From: an uncultured Collinsella sp. | GTDB taxonomy: Bacteria > Actinomycetota > Coriobacteriia > Coriobacteriales > Coriobacteriaceae | Direction of reading: 5' to 3' | DNA length: 38,866 nucleotides | NCBI GenBank assembly: GCA_949287055.1 | Contig: CASEEY010000001.1 | Span: 1 to 38,866 of the forward strand | In this document: in pieces, positions 9,322 through 19,016 of the stretch | Layout of the letters: every line of letters begins with the position of its first letter | Numbering within the stretch: position 1 is the first letter of the stretch | The notes under the pieces: model-generated | The model's input: only the letters and a program-made list of their open reading frames with translations | What the model was told of the DNA's origin: nothing | The model's database searches: none | Program-made: the position numbers and the translations under genes

Positions 9322-9742
9322 GTTCGTCCTTTCGATCGGTGCTGTCGAGCCACGCCTGCAAGAACAGGGATGCGGCGACCATATCGACCTTGCCGCGCAT
9401 GCGGCGCTCGTCAAGACCCTGCTCGCGCAGAATACGCTTCGCCTCGCGCGACGAGAGGCGCTCATCGGCGAAAGCCAGCGGCAACCCTAAGCGCTCGGAC
9501 AGCTCGCCGGCGATGGCCCTGATGCGCTCGGCCTGCGGTCCCTCCTCGCCGGAAAGCGTCTGGGGCAAACCGCACACCAAGATATCCGGCTCGTGGTCCT
9601 CGACGATGGCGCGAAAGGTCCGCGCGCATCCGATGACCTCGGCGGCGGGCAGCACCTTCACCGGCATCGCCACGCTTCCCGTACGGTCGGACACGGCGAT
9701 GCCAATGCGAGTCTGCCCGATATCGAGCGCAAGGGCGACCAT
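9314..9742 (-). CDS. ruvX: YqgF/RuvX family nuclease
   Basis: Start ATG 9742; ALDIGQTRIGIAVSD, VCGLP, DERLSS, DMVAASLFLQAWLD; alaS-ruvX-mltG synteny. Confidence 0.95.
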   Translation of the reverse strand: MVALALDIGQTRIGIAVSDRTGSVAMPVKVLPAAEVIGCARTFRAIVEDHEPDILVCGLPQTLSGEEGPQAERIRAIAGELSERLGLPLAFADERLSSREAKRILREQGLDERRMRGKVDMVAASLFLQAWLDSTDRKDERA

Positions 9743-9750
9743 GCGCTCCC

Positions 9751-12408
9751 CTACAGGCCCAGCACCGTGCGTGCGGCCTGGAGCGCGTCGGCGATACCGC
9801 CGGCGTTCTTGCCACCCGCCTGGGCCATCGTGGGCTTGCCGCCACCGCGGCCATCCACGCACGGAGCGATCTGCTTGATGATGTTGCCGGCGTGGAACCC
9901 GGCGGAAACCGCCTCGTCGGTCGCGGCGGCGAGCAGGGCGGGCGTCCCCTTCTCGGTCACCGTTGCGATAACGCAGGCAACCGGACCGGCGGCCTTCTGA
10001 CGGATGGTATCCCAGACGTTGCGCAGCTCAGAGCCCTCGAGACCGGAAAGCTCGGCGACGACGAGTCGATAGCCGCCGGCATCGAGAGCGCCCTCGATGG
10101 CAGAACCGATCGCGTCGGAAGAGGCGCCGGTGAGCGCAGCCTTGAGCTTCTGGTTGGCATCGCGCAGGCTCGCCTGGAGCGCATCGATGCGAGATGCGAC
10201 CTCGTCGGGTCGGCACTTCAGAGCCTGCGCGGCCTCGGCGAGCATGCGGGCGCGGTCCTCGAGGTACGCGATGGCGCCCTCGCTCGTCACGGCCTCGATA
10301 CGACGGACGTTGGAGCCGGTGGAAGACTCGGAGACGATCTTGAACAGACCGATCTCGGCGGTGTTGCGGGCGTGCGTGCCGCCGCAGAGCTCACGGGAGA
10401 ACGGGCGCTCCTCCTCGCCCACCGAGACGACGCGCACCACGTCGCCGTACTTCTCGCCGAACAGGGCGACCGCGCCGGAAGCGCGCGCCTCATCGATACC
10501 CATCACACGGGTCACGACCGGCTTGGCGGCGAAGATCTCGCGATTGACGAGCGCCTCGATGCGCTCGAGCTGCTCGGTGGAAAGCGCCTCGAAATGCGTG
10601 AAGTCGAAACGAAGGTGCTCGGACGAGACAAGGGAGCCGGCCTGGTTGACGTGATCGCCCAGGACCTCCTTCAGGGCCGCGTCGAGCAGGTGGGTAGCCG
10701 TATGGTTGCGGCGGATGAGCTCACGGCGCTTGACGTCGATGGCCGCGCAGACGGTGTCGCCGACCTTGATCGATCCGCACGCCACCTCGGCGCGATGGGC
10801 GTACAGCCCGTTGTGAGCCTTCGTATCCGTGACGGAGAGCTCGCAGCCGTCGAGTGAAAGCGTGCCGGCGTCGCCCACCTGACCGCCCATCTCGGCGTAA
10901 AACGGCGTGCGATCCAGCACGACGTCGACCGTATCGCCGGCCTGGGCAGCGTCGACGGCCTCGCCGTCGCGCACGATCGCGAGCACCTGCGCGTCCTTAA
11001 GCTCGTGCGCATCGTATCCGCAGAACTCGGTTGCGGCGAGCGTGTCGGAAAGCTCGGTCCACACATCGTTGAACGAGCCCCAGGCATCGCCCTTGACGTT
11101 GGCGCGGGCGCGCTCGCGCTGGGCCTCCATCTCGCGATTGAAGCCGTCGATATCGACCGCGTGGCCGGCGCCCTCGGCGATCTCGACGGTCAGGTCGATC
11201 GGGAAGCCGAAGGTGTCGTGCAGCATGAAGGCGGAGGCGCCGTCGAGCACCTCTCCCTCACCGAGCTTGGCAAGAGCCTCGTCAAGGTAGACGCGGCCGT
11301 TGTCGAGCGTCGTGGAGAAGCGCTCCTCCTCGGCACCGACGATACCCTTGACCAGCGCGACGTTCTTCGTGAGCTCAGGGTAGGCATCGCCCATGAGCTC
11401 GTTCACGCGATCGATGAAGCGGCCGAGGAACGGCTCGGTCACGCCGAGCAGGCGGCCGTGGAACACGGCGCGGCGCAGCAGGCGGCGCAGCACGTAGCCG
11501 CGGCCCTCGTTGCCCGGCAGGATGCCGTCGGAGATCATGAAGTCAACGGAGCGGGCGTGGTCGGCGATGATGCGCAGCGAACGGCTCGCACCGGCGTAGT
11601 CATCGCTCACGTACGTCGCACCGGAGATCTCCTCGCCGAGCTTGATGAGGCCCTGCATGATGTCGCTGTCGAAAAACGAGGTCTTGCCCTGCATGATGGC
11701 GCTCATGCGCTCGAGACCCATGCCCGTATCGAGGTTGCGGTGCGGAAGCTCGGGCATCGAGCCGTCCTCCTGGCGATCGAACTGAGTGAACACGAGGTTC
11801 CAGTACTCCAGGAAGCGGTCGCAGTCGCACCCCGGCGCGCAGTCGGGACGGCCGCAGCCGACGTCCTCGCCCATGTCGTAGTAGATCTCCGAGCAAGGAC
11901 CGCAGGGGCCGGTGGGACCAGCGGCCCAGAAGTTGTCGTCCTCACCGAGACGGGAGATGTGGTCCTCGGCGACACCGAGCGAGCGCCAGATGTCATGGGT
12001 CTCGTCGTCGTCGGTGAACACCGTGAAGTACAGACGCTCGATCGGCAGATGGAAGACCTCGGTGGACAGCTCGAGCGCCCAGCGGCAGGCCTGCTCCTTG
12101 GAGACGCCGCCAAACGAGAAGTTGCCGAGCATCTCGAAGAACGAGGCGTGACGGCCATCGGAGCCGATGATGTCGATATCGTTGGTGCGCACGCACTTCT
12201 GGCACGAGGTCGCACCGATCTCGTGCATGGTCTTCTTGCCCTGATAATACTGCTTGAACTGGTTCATGCCGGCGTTGGCGAGCAGCAGCGAGGGATCGTC
12301 GGGAATCAGCGGGGAGCTGGGGAACAGCTTGCAGCCGCGATCCTCGAAGAACTTCAGGAACGCGGAGCGGATCTCCGCGGTGGTCATGGTCGGAACTTGA
12401 GCGGTCAT
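9751..12408 (-). CDS. alaS: Alanine--tRNA ligase
   Basis: NAGMNQFK, FFEMLGNFSF, DTGMGLER, NHTATHLL, ELCGGTH, GGGKPTMAQAGG; TATACT -10 at 12457-12462. Confidence 0.99.
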   Translation of the reverse strand: MTAQVPTMTTAEIRSAFLKFFEDRGCKLFPSSPLIPDDPSLLLANAGMNQFKQYYQGKKTMHEIGATSCQKCVRTNDIDIIGSDGRHASFFEMLGNFSFGGVSKEQACRWALELSTEVFHLPIERLYFTVFTDDDETHDIWRSLGVAEDHISRLGEDDNFWAAGPTGPCGPCSEIYYDMGEDVGCGRPDCAPGCDCDRFLEYWNLVFTQFDRQEDGSMPELPHRNLDTGMGLERMSAIMQGKTSFFDSDIMQGLIKLGEEISGATYVSDDYAGASRSLRIIADHARSVDFMISDGILPGNEGRGYVLRRLLRRAVFHGRLLGVTEPFLGRFIDRVNELMGDAYPELTKNVALVKGIVGAEEERFSTTLDNGRVYLDEALAKLGEGEVLDGASAFMLHDTFGFPIDLTVEIAEGAGHAVDIDGFNREMEAQRERARANVKGDAWGSFNDVWTELSDTLAATEFCGYDAHELKDAQVLAIVRDGEAVDAAQAGDTVDVVLDRTPFYAEMGGQVGDAGTLSLDGCELSVTDTKAHNGLYAHRAEVACGSIKVGDTVCAAIDVKRRELIRRNHTATHLLDAALKEVLGDHVNQAGSLVSSEHLRFDFTHFEALSTEQLERIEALVNREIFAAKPVVTRVMGIDEARASGAVALFGEKYGDVVRVVSVGEEERPFSRELCGGTHARNTAEIGLFKIVSESSTGSNVRRIEAVTSEGAIAYLEDRARMLAEAAQALKCRPDEVASRIDALQASLRDANQKLKAALTGASSDAIGSAIEGALDAGGYRLVVAELSGLEGSELRNVWDTIRQKAAGPVACVIATVTEKGTPALLAAATDEAVSAGFHAGNIIKQIAPCVDGRGGGKPTMAQAGGKNAGGIADALQAARTVLGL

Positions 12409-12525
12409 GCTTCAATCTCCTCGGGTTCGATACGTTCGATAGGCGTAAACGCACCTAGTATAGCGGACGCCGAACAGGGGCCGCGTAAAAAGCGAGACGC
12501 ACACCGAAAGCCCCTGAAACACACG

Positions 12526-12558
12526 AAAGGCGGCCCGAAAACCAATCGAGCCGCCCTT
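12526..12558 (-). terminator. Intrinsic terminator after the AI-2E transporter gene
   Basis: Minus-strand AGGGCGGCTCGA-loop-TCGGGCCGCCTT hairpin followed by a T-rich run. Confidence 0.7.
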
Positions 12559-12576
12559 GTGACCTATGCAGTCGCC

Positions 12577-13983
12577 TCACCGACCGTCGTCGTCGGAAGG
12601 ATTGTCCTCATCGCCTCCATCGCTCGGCGCAGAGCCGAAGGGAATCTTGAACACCCCTGTCGCTCCGGGCTGAAGCCCGGTGAGCTTGACCCATGGGTTG
12701 TCGAGCTCCACCTTGGGCTTGGGGACCGCAACGGCATCGGGCACCGCATCGTCGGAGATGAGCTCGGAATCGCTGACGAACGTGTCATCGCCCAATGCGT
12801 CGAAGGCAGGGACCGGGGCGCCGTGCTCGTCACGATACGGCGTACCGCGGAAAATCGCCCCGTTGTAGTCGACAAGCTGACGCTTGGTGCTCTTCTCGAA
12901 ATAAAAGATGAACAGGCCCTTCAGGGCGGCACAGAGCGGGATGGCCACGACCATGCCGATCGGGCCCATGAGCGTCGAGCCGATGACGATGGCGGCCAGG
13001 CTCATGGCGGGATGCACCTGGACGGTGGACTGCATGACCTTCGGCGACAGGACGTTGTCGGTCACGTTCTGGGCGACGATCACGATGGCAAGCGTCCATA
13101 TGGCGAGCGCGGGACTGTAGAACACCGCGATGATCACCGCGATGGCGGCGGAGAACCACGGGCCGATGACCGGAATCAGATGGAAGATGGCGGTCGTGAC
13201 GCCCATGAGCCCGGCATACGGATGCCCGGCGATAAGCAGCCCGACGAACACCATCACGCCGTTGATCGCGGAGGTGATGATCATCGAACGCATGTAGCCG
13301 CCCACCGAGCGCGAAAGGATCGCGACGATGAAGCGGTAGTCGTCCTCCTTGCCCTCGCCGAGCGCCAAGCCGATCTCGCCATGAATCGTCGGGTAGTCGC
13401 ACGCAAGCCAGTACGCAAGCACGAGCCCGAGGAAGACGATGAACATCGTGTTGGCGACGCCGCCGATGGCGGGCATGACACCGCGTCCCAGATCCGTCGC
13501 CAGATCTGTCGCAAACTGGGCCGCATTGTGCTGCACCGTCGTGAGCACATCGCTCACGCCGCCGACCATGTCGCTCGAGGTGAACGCCCGGACGCTTTCG
13601 ATGAGGCTTTGAATCTGCACGGAGATCGCCGAGAAGTAGCGCGGCATCTGGTTGAGCACGTCGACGATCTGCTCGATGAACATGGGCAGAAGCATCGTCG
13701 CAAGCAGCACGACGACCGCGATCACGACGATGAGGCCGACGAGCGCACCGATGCCGCGGGGAACACCGCGATGCTCCAGCCCGTTGACGATCGGCGCCTC
13801 GACGAAGGCGATGAGCGATCCGACCGCCAGAAACTCGATGACCGGCGCCAAGACACCGACCACGTTGAGCAGCACGGCACCGATGACCAGCGCGCCGACG
13901 ACGGACCAGATGCGCAACGTCAGGATGCGCGTATCGCGCAGGGTGCGATCGTGGCGGACTTCAGTATGCGGGGTCTGGTTCAT
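12577..13983 (-). CDS. AI-2E (PerM/UPF0118) family membrane protein
   Basis: Multiple TM helices; IPVIGP, QNVTDNVLSPKVM, VHP, GPIGMVVAIP; long acidic cytoplasmic tail; ATGA-coupled to the sigma factor gene. Confidence 0.9.
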   Translation of the reverse strand: MNQTPHTEVRHDRTLRDTRILTLRIWSVVGALVIGAVLLNVVGVLAPVIEFLAVGSLIAFVEAPIVNGLEHRGVPRGIGALVGLIVVIAVVVLLATMLLPMFIEQIVDVLNQMPRYFSAISVQIQSLIESVRAFTSSDMVGGVSDVLTTVQHNAAQFATDLATDLGRGVMPAIGGVANTMFIVFLGLVLAYWLACDYPTIHGEIGLALGEGKEDDYRFIVAILSRSVGGYMRSMIITSAINGVMVFVGLLIAGHPYAGLMGVTTAIFHLIPVIGPWFSAAIAVIIAVFYSPALAIWTLAIVIVAQNVTDNVLSPKVMQSTVQVHPAMSLAAIVIGSTLMGPIGMVVAIPLCAALKGLFIFYFEKSTKRQLVDYNGAIFRGTPYRDEHGAPVPAFDALGDDTFVSDSELISDDAVPDAVAVPKPKVELDNPWVKLTGLQPGATGVFKIPFGSAPSDGGDEDNPSDDDGR

Positions 13984-14771
13984 CGCTTACCCATAACCCC
14001 CTCGGGATCGATTTTGTCCTGGATCTTCTTGAGCGTACGGCGCAGCAGGCGCGACACCTGAACCTGGGAGACGCCGAGCTGCTCGGCGATCTCGATCTGT
14101 GTCATACCGCGCACGAACCTCATCTCGATGACCTCGCGCTCACGGGGAGAAAAGCCCTTGAGCGCCTCCTCGATGACAAGACGGTCGTCGGTAAAGGACA
14201 GATCGCTGTCCTCGGAGGCGTAGCGGTCGAGCACCGACGGCGTATCGTCGGCGTCCGAGCTGCCCGGCGCCTCGAGGGGAACCGAGGTGTAGGCCGATGA
14301 GGACTCCATCGCCTCCAGGACCTCGTCGACCGAGGCCCCGAGGTACTCGGCGATCTCCTCAACCGTCGGAGAACGCTGGAGCTCAGTGGTCAGGGCGTCG
14401 GTAGCCTGGTTGACTTTCGCCGAAAGCTCCTGCAGGCGGCGGGGAACGCGAACGCTCCAGCCCTTATCGCGGAAATGGCGCTTGATCTCGCCCAGGATAG
14501 TGGGCGTCGCGTACGTGGTGAACTCGAGCCCGCGGTCGGGATCAAAGCGATCGATCGCCTTGAGCAGTCCGAGGTAGCCGACCTGCATGAGGTCGTCGAG
14601 CGGTTCACCGCGGTTCTTGAACTTGTTGGCAAGAAAGCGGACGAGGTTCAGATGGGACATGACGAGCTTCTCGCGAGCGTCCATGTCGCCATGCTCCTTG
14701 TAGCGACGAAAGAGCTCGTGCGTCTTCTCCTTGTCCCACGCCGCCTTGCCGGAAGCGGTCTTATCGGTCAT
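13980..14771 (-). CDS. SigB/SigF/SigG family RNA polymerase sigma factor
   Basis: Start ATG 14771; DDLMQVGYLGLLKAIDRFDPDRG, YATPTILGEIKRHFRD, WSVRVPRRLQE, TQIEIAEQLGVSQVQVSRL. Confidence 0.95.
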   Translation of the reverse strand: MTDKTASGKAAWDKEKTHELFRRYKEHGDMDAREKLVMSHLNLVRFLANKFKNRGEPLDDLMQVGYLGLLKAIDRFDPDRGLEFTTYATPTILGEIKRHFRDKGWSVRVPRRLQELSAKVNQATDALTTELQRSPTVEEIAEYLGASVDEVLEAMESSSAYTSVPLEAPGSSDADDTPSVLDRYASEDSDLSFTDDRLVIEEALKGFSPREREVIEMRFVRGMTQIEIAEQLGVSQVQVSRLLRRTLKKIQDKIDPEGVMGKR

Positions 14772-15148
14772 CGCACATCTGCTTTCAAGGTCATGAGGAT
14801 GGCTGCCGGCTGGGCGCGCTTCTCGTAGGAATCGCATACGGCACCCAAGATCAGGTCGGCGTACACCGCGGACTCGGCGTCGGAAGCAGCCTCAAAAGAC
14901 GACCCTTCAAGGTCGAAGGACATGGACACGGCATCGGCGTCAAACGTAAACGAGATGGGGACGTCGTGGCCGGGGGCCACGGCGCAGGCGAGCACGAACG
15001 CCTCCTCTGCGGCCATGCGGATGTCCTCGACACGGTCGACGCTCATCGAGCTCAGCGTCGCCACATTCGCAGCCGTCATGCGGACGAGCCGTGCAAGATG
15101 GGGGTCGGCCGTAACGGTCAGCTTGACGGTCGAATTGATGCTACTCAT
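14768..15148 (-). CDS. RsbW/UsfX-like anti-sigma factor lacking kinase motifs
   Basis: Start ATG 15148; LVRMTAA...VEDIRMAAEEA...LILGAVCD pattern directly upstream of and coupled to the sigma factor gene. Confidence 0.75.
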   Translation of the reverse strand: MSSINSTVKLTVTADPHLARLVRMTAANVATLSSMSVDRVEDIRMAAEEAFVLACAVAPGHDVPISFTFDADAVSMSFDLEGSSFEAASDAESAVYADLILGAVCDSYEKRAQPAAILMTLKADVR

Positions 15149-15725
15149 CGGAGCTCTCCTGATCGGTCGATACAGTCTCATCGGAATAGGTGTAGTAGCG
15201 GCGCTTCGGCTCGTCCGCTTCGGCGACGGGCGGTACGGCCTCATCGTCGGGTGCGGCGTCGCCCTCCCCCGTCACGGCAGCGTCGCCGGCCGTATCGGAC
15301 AGCACACGGCTGCCGGCGGCGGGCTCATCATGATGCTTGGCGAACAGACGCTGGACCTTTTCGGAGGCGGCGTTAGCGATACCGGTCACGGCGCCCGAGG
15401 CGGTCGATACGCTTCCCGTGACGTTCGAGACATCGCGCAGGACCCCATTGACCTCGATGAGGTCGGCCGAAAGCGCCTCGACGGCGATGCTGCCCTGCTT
15501 GAGCAGGGGCTCAACCTGGCAAAGAGCGGGCTGGATGTCGTCAATAGCCCCGTCGAGCTTGGCGATCACCGGGCGCGCCTCGGCGACGGTGGCGTTGACG
15601 GACTCGAGGGTCCGGTCAAGCGCATCGACCGACGAGCGAGCGCGACGCAGCGTCAAGGCGAGCTCGACGACCGCCCAGACGCCAGCGATGGCAAGCACGA
15701 TCAGTGCGATCTGAAGGGGGTCCAT
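15141..15725 (-). CDS. DUF948 (YtxG-like) single-pass membrane coiled-coil protein
   Basis: Start ATG 15725 with GGGAG RBS; N-terminal TM helix, heptad-rich region, acidic tail; position near rarA/alaS. Confidence 0.7.
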   Translation of the reverse strand: MDPLQIALIVLAIAGVWAVVELALTLRRARSSVDALDRTLESVNATVAEARPVIAKLDGAIDDIQPALCQVEPLLKQGSIAVEALSADLIEVNGVLRDVSNVTGSVSTASGAVTGIANAASEKVQRLFAKHHDEPAAGSRVLSDTAGDAAVTGEGDAAPDDEAVPPVAEADEPKRRYYTYSDETVSTDQESSDE

Positions 15726-15830
15726 GGTATCTCCCAACGTACGAAACGAACCGCGACCCGAAACGTTTACGGGCGCATTACAGCATAGTACCCGCTTGCG
15801 CACCTTCCATGCGCGAACGGGCGCAGACGG

Positions 15831-17180
15831 TCACGAGCCCTCCACCGCCTGAGGTCCCTCACCCGAGCGGTCCCGGGACGACTGCTCATAGCGCCATTCC
15901 TCCCAACCGCGACCGGCGGGCTTCCAAAACGCGCCGCGCTCGAGACCATCGGGAAGATAGCGCTGCTCGACCCAACCACTCGGATAGTCGTGAGGGTACC
16001 GGTAGGTGCCGTAGTTCTCCGACCCGGGACGGTGGCGGTCGCGCAGATGGCTGGGGACCTCGCGCTGACCGCTTGTGCGCACATCGGCAAGTGCGGCATC
16101 GATGGCGGCCTCGCACGCGTTGCTCTTCGGAGCGAGCGCGTTGTAGAGGGCCGCCTGGGCGAGGTTGATGCGACACTCCGGATATCCGATCACCTCAGCG
16201 GACTTGAAGGCAGCCTCGGCGACGAGCAGGGCCTGGGGATCGGCGTTGCCGATGTCCTCGGATGCCTGGATCATGATGCGGCGCGCGATGAACTTCGGGT
16301 CCTCCCCCGCATCGATCATGCGGGCGAGCCAGTAGACCGTCGCGTCGGGGTCGCTTCCGCGCATGGACTTGATAAACGCCGAGATGATGTCATAGTGCAT
16401 GTCGCCGCTCTTGTCGTAGGACAGGCCCCGTCGCGGGTTGGCGGCCTGGACGTCCTCGACAAGGATAGCGACCGGATGATCAGGGCTCGGCTCCTCCGCG
16501 CGCGTGGCGGCGATCTCGCTCGCGAGCTCAAGGGTCGTCAACGCGCTGCGCGCATCGCCGGCGGCGAGCGTGCAGATGGCGCTCACGGTCTCCTCCGAGG
16601 CGCTGAACGCACCGGCAAGACCCCGCTCATCGCGAATCGCGCGGCGGACGAGCTCAGCGATGTCGTCGTCGGATAGGTGCTCGAGCTCGACCACGCGGCT
16701 GCGGGACAGAAGCGCGGAGTTGACCTCGAAGTAGGGGTTCTCGGTCGTGGCTCCGATCATCACGACCGTGCGGTTCTCGACAGCGTGAAGCAGCGCATCT
16801 TGCTGGGAACGGCTGAAGCGGTGAATCTCGTCGATGAACAGGATGGTGCGGCGCCCGAACGCCATGAGACGGTGGCTGGCGGCCTCGATCTCACGGCGCA
16901 GGTCCTTCACCGTGCCGGTGACGGCAGACACCTCGACGAATTCGCTGCGCGTATGGGCGGCGATGATATGGGCAAGGGTGGTCTTCCCCGTACCGGCGGG
17001 ACCGTACAGGATGACGCTCGAGAGCACATCGCGCTCGATGGCGCGGCGCAGCCATGAGTCGGGCCCGACGGCCTTCGTCTGGCCCACGTATTCGTCAAGC
17101 GTGGTGGGGCGCATGCGCACCGCAAGCGGCGCGTAGCGGAGCCGCTGGGCGCGCTCGTTGTCACTGAAAAGAGTTTCCAT
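15831..17180 (-). CDS. rarA: Replication-associated recombination protein A (RarA/MgsA)
   Basis: PLAVRMRP, YGPAGTGKTT, LFIDEIHRF, GATTENP, HYDIISAFIKSMRGSDPD, ASEDIGNADP, YPHDY. Confidence 0.97.
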   Translation of the reverse strand: METLFSDNERAQRLRYAPLAVRMRPTTLDEYVGQTKAVGPDSWLRRAIERDVLSSVILYGPAGTGKTTLAHIIAAHTRSEFVEVSAVTGTVKDLRREIEAASHRLMAFGRRTILFIDEIHRFSRSQQDALLHAVENRTVVMIGATTENPYFEVNSALLSRSRVVELEHLSDDDIAELVRRAIRDERGLAGAFSASEETVSAICTLAAGDARSALTTLELASEIAATRAEEPSPDHPVAILVEDVQAANPRRGLSYDKSGDMHYDIISAFIKSMRGSDPDATVYWLARMIDAGEDPKFIARRIMIQASEDIGNADPQALLVAEAAFKSAEVIGYPECRINLAQAALYNALAPKSNACEAAIDAALADVRTSGQREVPSHLRDRHRPGSENYGTYRYPHDYPSGWVEQRYLPDGLERGAFWKPAGRGWEEWRYEQSSRDRSGEGPQAVEGS

Positions 17181-17187
17181 GGCTGAC

Positions 17188-17197
17188 AGTGTACCCC
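17188..17197 (-). promoter_or_regulatory. Putative -10 (GGGGTACACT) for a probably leaderless rarA transcript
   Basis: TACACT ends 7 nt upstream of the ATG and no SD is present. Confidence 0.55.
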
Positions 17198-17234
17198 AAT
17201 CGATGCGAGAGCCGTCGATACCGAACGATACGCC

Positions 17235-18494
17235 CTACCGCTCGTTGATGTATGTGCGTTGCGGAAACTTGATTTCAGGAAACAGCTTGGTCGCCAACTC
17301 GGCAAAGTAGCCGTCGCTCATGCTCGCGATATAGTCGACGACCGTCTGGTCCAAGTCGCGCTCCCATTCATAGCGCTTGCCGTAATGGCGAAGCGTGGCG
17401 TCGATGCGCGCGATGTGGTGACGGAAGATGTAGCTCGACTCGTCGTGGGCGCGCAGATCGCCCAGGCAGTGCTCATACATCAGACTGAACGCGCGGGCGA
17501 GCACCTCGGCGCGCTCCCCCTCGATGCCGCTCGAGCGGTAGATCTTCGCGTAGTTCTCCGCCTTCGCACGGGAGATCTCGGCGAACAGCTCCTCGCTCAT
17601 CTCGATGCGGTCCTTGCCGTAGCTGTGCTCGATGATGTCGACCGACGCGTGCGACAGAATCCATGAATTGTAGCGGCCGCCAAGCCCATCGGCGAACACG
17701 TCTTCATCGAGCAGCCCGGCAGCGATGGCATCCTGACGGTCGCGGCCGACATAGGCGATGATATCCGAGATACGCACAACGCACCCCTCGAGGGTCATAG
17801 GACGAAGATGGCCGATGGCAAGATCGCCGTCGGAGCAGCACGCCTCGACCGTCTCATCGAGCTCGTCAAACGACGAGAGGCCCGAGAGCTCGAACACGCG
17901 CTGCTCGTACTCGCCGTTGTGGGTCAGGCACCCATCGAGCGTCTGCAGCGTCAGGTTGCGCCCGTACAGCGCATCGAGCACGCGTACGGAGTGCACATTG
18001 TGGAAGAACCAGCGACCGGTACGCGCATGGTACACATCGTTGAGCGCGCGCTCGCCGGCATGCCCAAACGGCGTATGCCCCAGATCGTGTCCAAGGCCGA
18101 TCGCCTCGATCAGGTCGCAGTTGAGACCGAGCGCATACCCGATATCGCGCGCGATGCGGCTCACGAGCTGCACGTGGATGCCGCGACGCGACAGATCGTC
18201 ATTGCTGCGAAAGCTGAACACCTGGGTTTTTCCGGCATAGCGGTTGTACGCAGGCGTATGGATGATCTTTTCGACATCGCGCACGAAGGAAGGGCGCCAG
18301 ATGCTCGCCTCGTCGCTGCGCCGTGCCTCGCGCCGAATAGCCTGGCGGTTATCGGTTCGATAGGGATTCACCCACCCGCGCGCGCGATCCTCGATCATGC
18401 GGGCGGTCAGCTCGTCAGACAGCGTGTCGGGTATAGAGGCGATGCGCTCGCGGACAGCGGTCGTGTCAAGCAAGGTGTCGATACGTGGGGACAT
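17235..18494 (-). CDS. HD-domain dNTP triphosphohydrolase (dGTPase-like)
   Basis: FVRDVEKI, KTQVF, GLGHDLGHTPFGHAGE, FHNVHS, TLEG, SDIIAY, DYIASMSD; GAAGGAGG RBS. Confidence 0.9.
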   Translation of the reverse strand: MSPRIDTLLDTTAVRERIASIPDTLSDELTARMIEDRARGWVNPYRTDNRQAIRREARRSDEASIWRPSFVRDVEKIIHTPAYNRYAGKTQVFSFRSNDDLSRRGIHVQLVSRIARDIGYALGLNCDLIEAIGLGHDLGHTPFGHAGERALNDVYHARTGRWFFHNVHSVRVLDALYGRNLTLQTLDGCLTHNGEYEQRVFELSGLSSFDELDETVEACCSDGDLAIGHLRPMTLEGCVVRISDIIAYVGRDRQDAIAAGLLDEDVFADGLGGRYNSWILSHASVDIIEHSYGKDRIEMSEELFAEISRAKAENYAKIYRSSGIEGERAEVLARAFSLMYEHCLGDLRAHDESSYIFRHHIARIDATLRHYGKRYEWERDLDQTVVDYIASMSDGYFAELATKLFPEIKFPQRTYINER

Positions 18495-18572
18495 GGCCGG
18501 CCTCCTTCAGAGTTCTCTCACACACATAGTCGCACATCGCGCGGACACACGCTTGGCGATATCGTCAGCACA

Positions 18573-19016
18573 TCAAGCCGCAAGGGTGAACAGGACCTGA
18601 AACGGAACGATGAACGGGACAAGCGGCAAGGAGGGGCGCCTGAACACGAGGGCGCAAACGCCCAGCGCAATCAAACCGGCCGCAAAGGAGAGGACGGCGA
18701 CAGAGAAACCGCACCACGCGGAGGCGAACAGGAACTTGATGTCGCCCATGCCAAGTCCCACGCAGCCGACAGCGCTTCGCCAGACCATCTCGATGACGAC
18801 AAGAAGCGCGCAGACGACACAGGCGACCAGCGCATCGCGCACCGTCGCCGCAATGCCCCGACCGCACAGGCTGTAGGCAACGCTGACCAGCAAAAGCAAT
18901 CCAGCCAGGCGGTTGGGAAAGGTTCGCGTGCGCGCGTCCACGACCGCAGCGATCGAGAGGACTGCGATATAGGCTGCGCACCATGCGCTCACAATGCATT
19001 CGCTCGATAGCCCCAT
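18573..19016 (-). CDS. A24 family prepilin peptidase-like aspartic protease (short TadV/CpaA type)
   Basis: Start ATG 19016 with AAAGGGGA RBS; AVVDARTRTFPN and GLGMGDIKF (two catalytic Asp), LPLVPF; hydrophobic; no N-terminal Cys/methylase domain. Confidence 0.8.
   Translation of the reverse strand: MGLSSECIVSAWCAAYIAVLSIAAVVDARTRTFPNRLAGLLLLVSVAYSLCGRGIAATVRDALVACVVCALLVVIEMVWRSAVGCVGLGMGDIKFLFASAWCGFSVAVLSFAAGLIALGVCALVFRRPSLPLVPFIVPFQVLFTLAA

Noticed and set aside
12409-12576. T-box upstream of alaS
   Set aside because: The leader after the TATACT -10 is only about 45 nt and has no T-box motif.
11005-14061. 1018-aa plus-strand ORF
   Set aside because: Antisense shadow of alaS and the AI-2E gene; no recognisable motifs; expected from high-GC codon bias.
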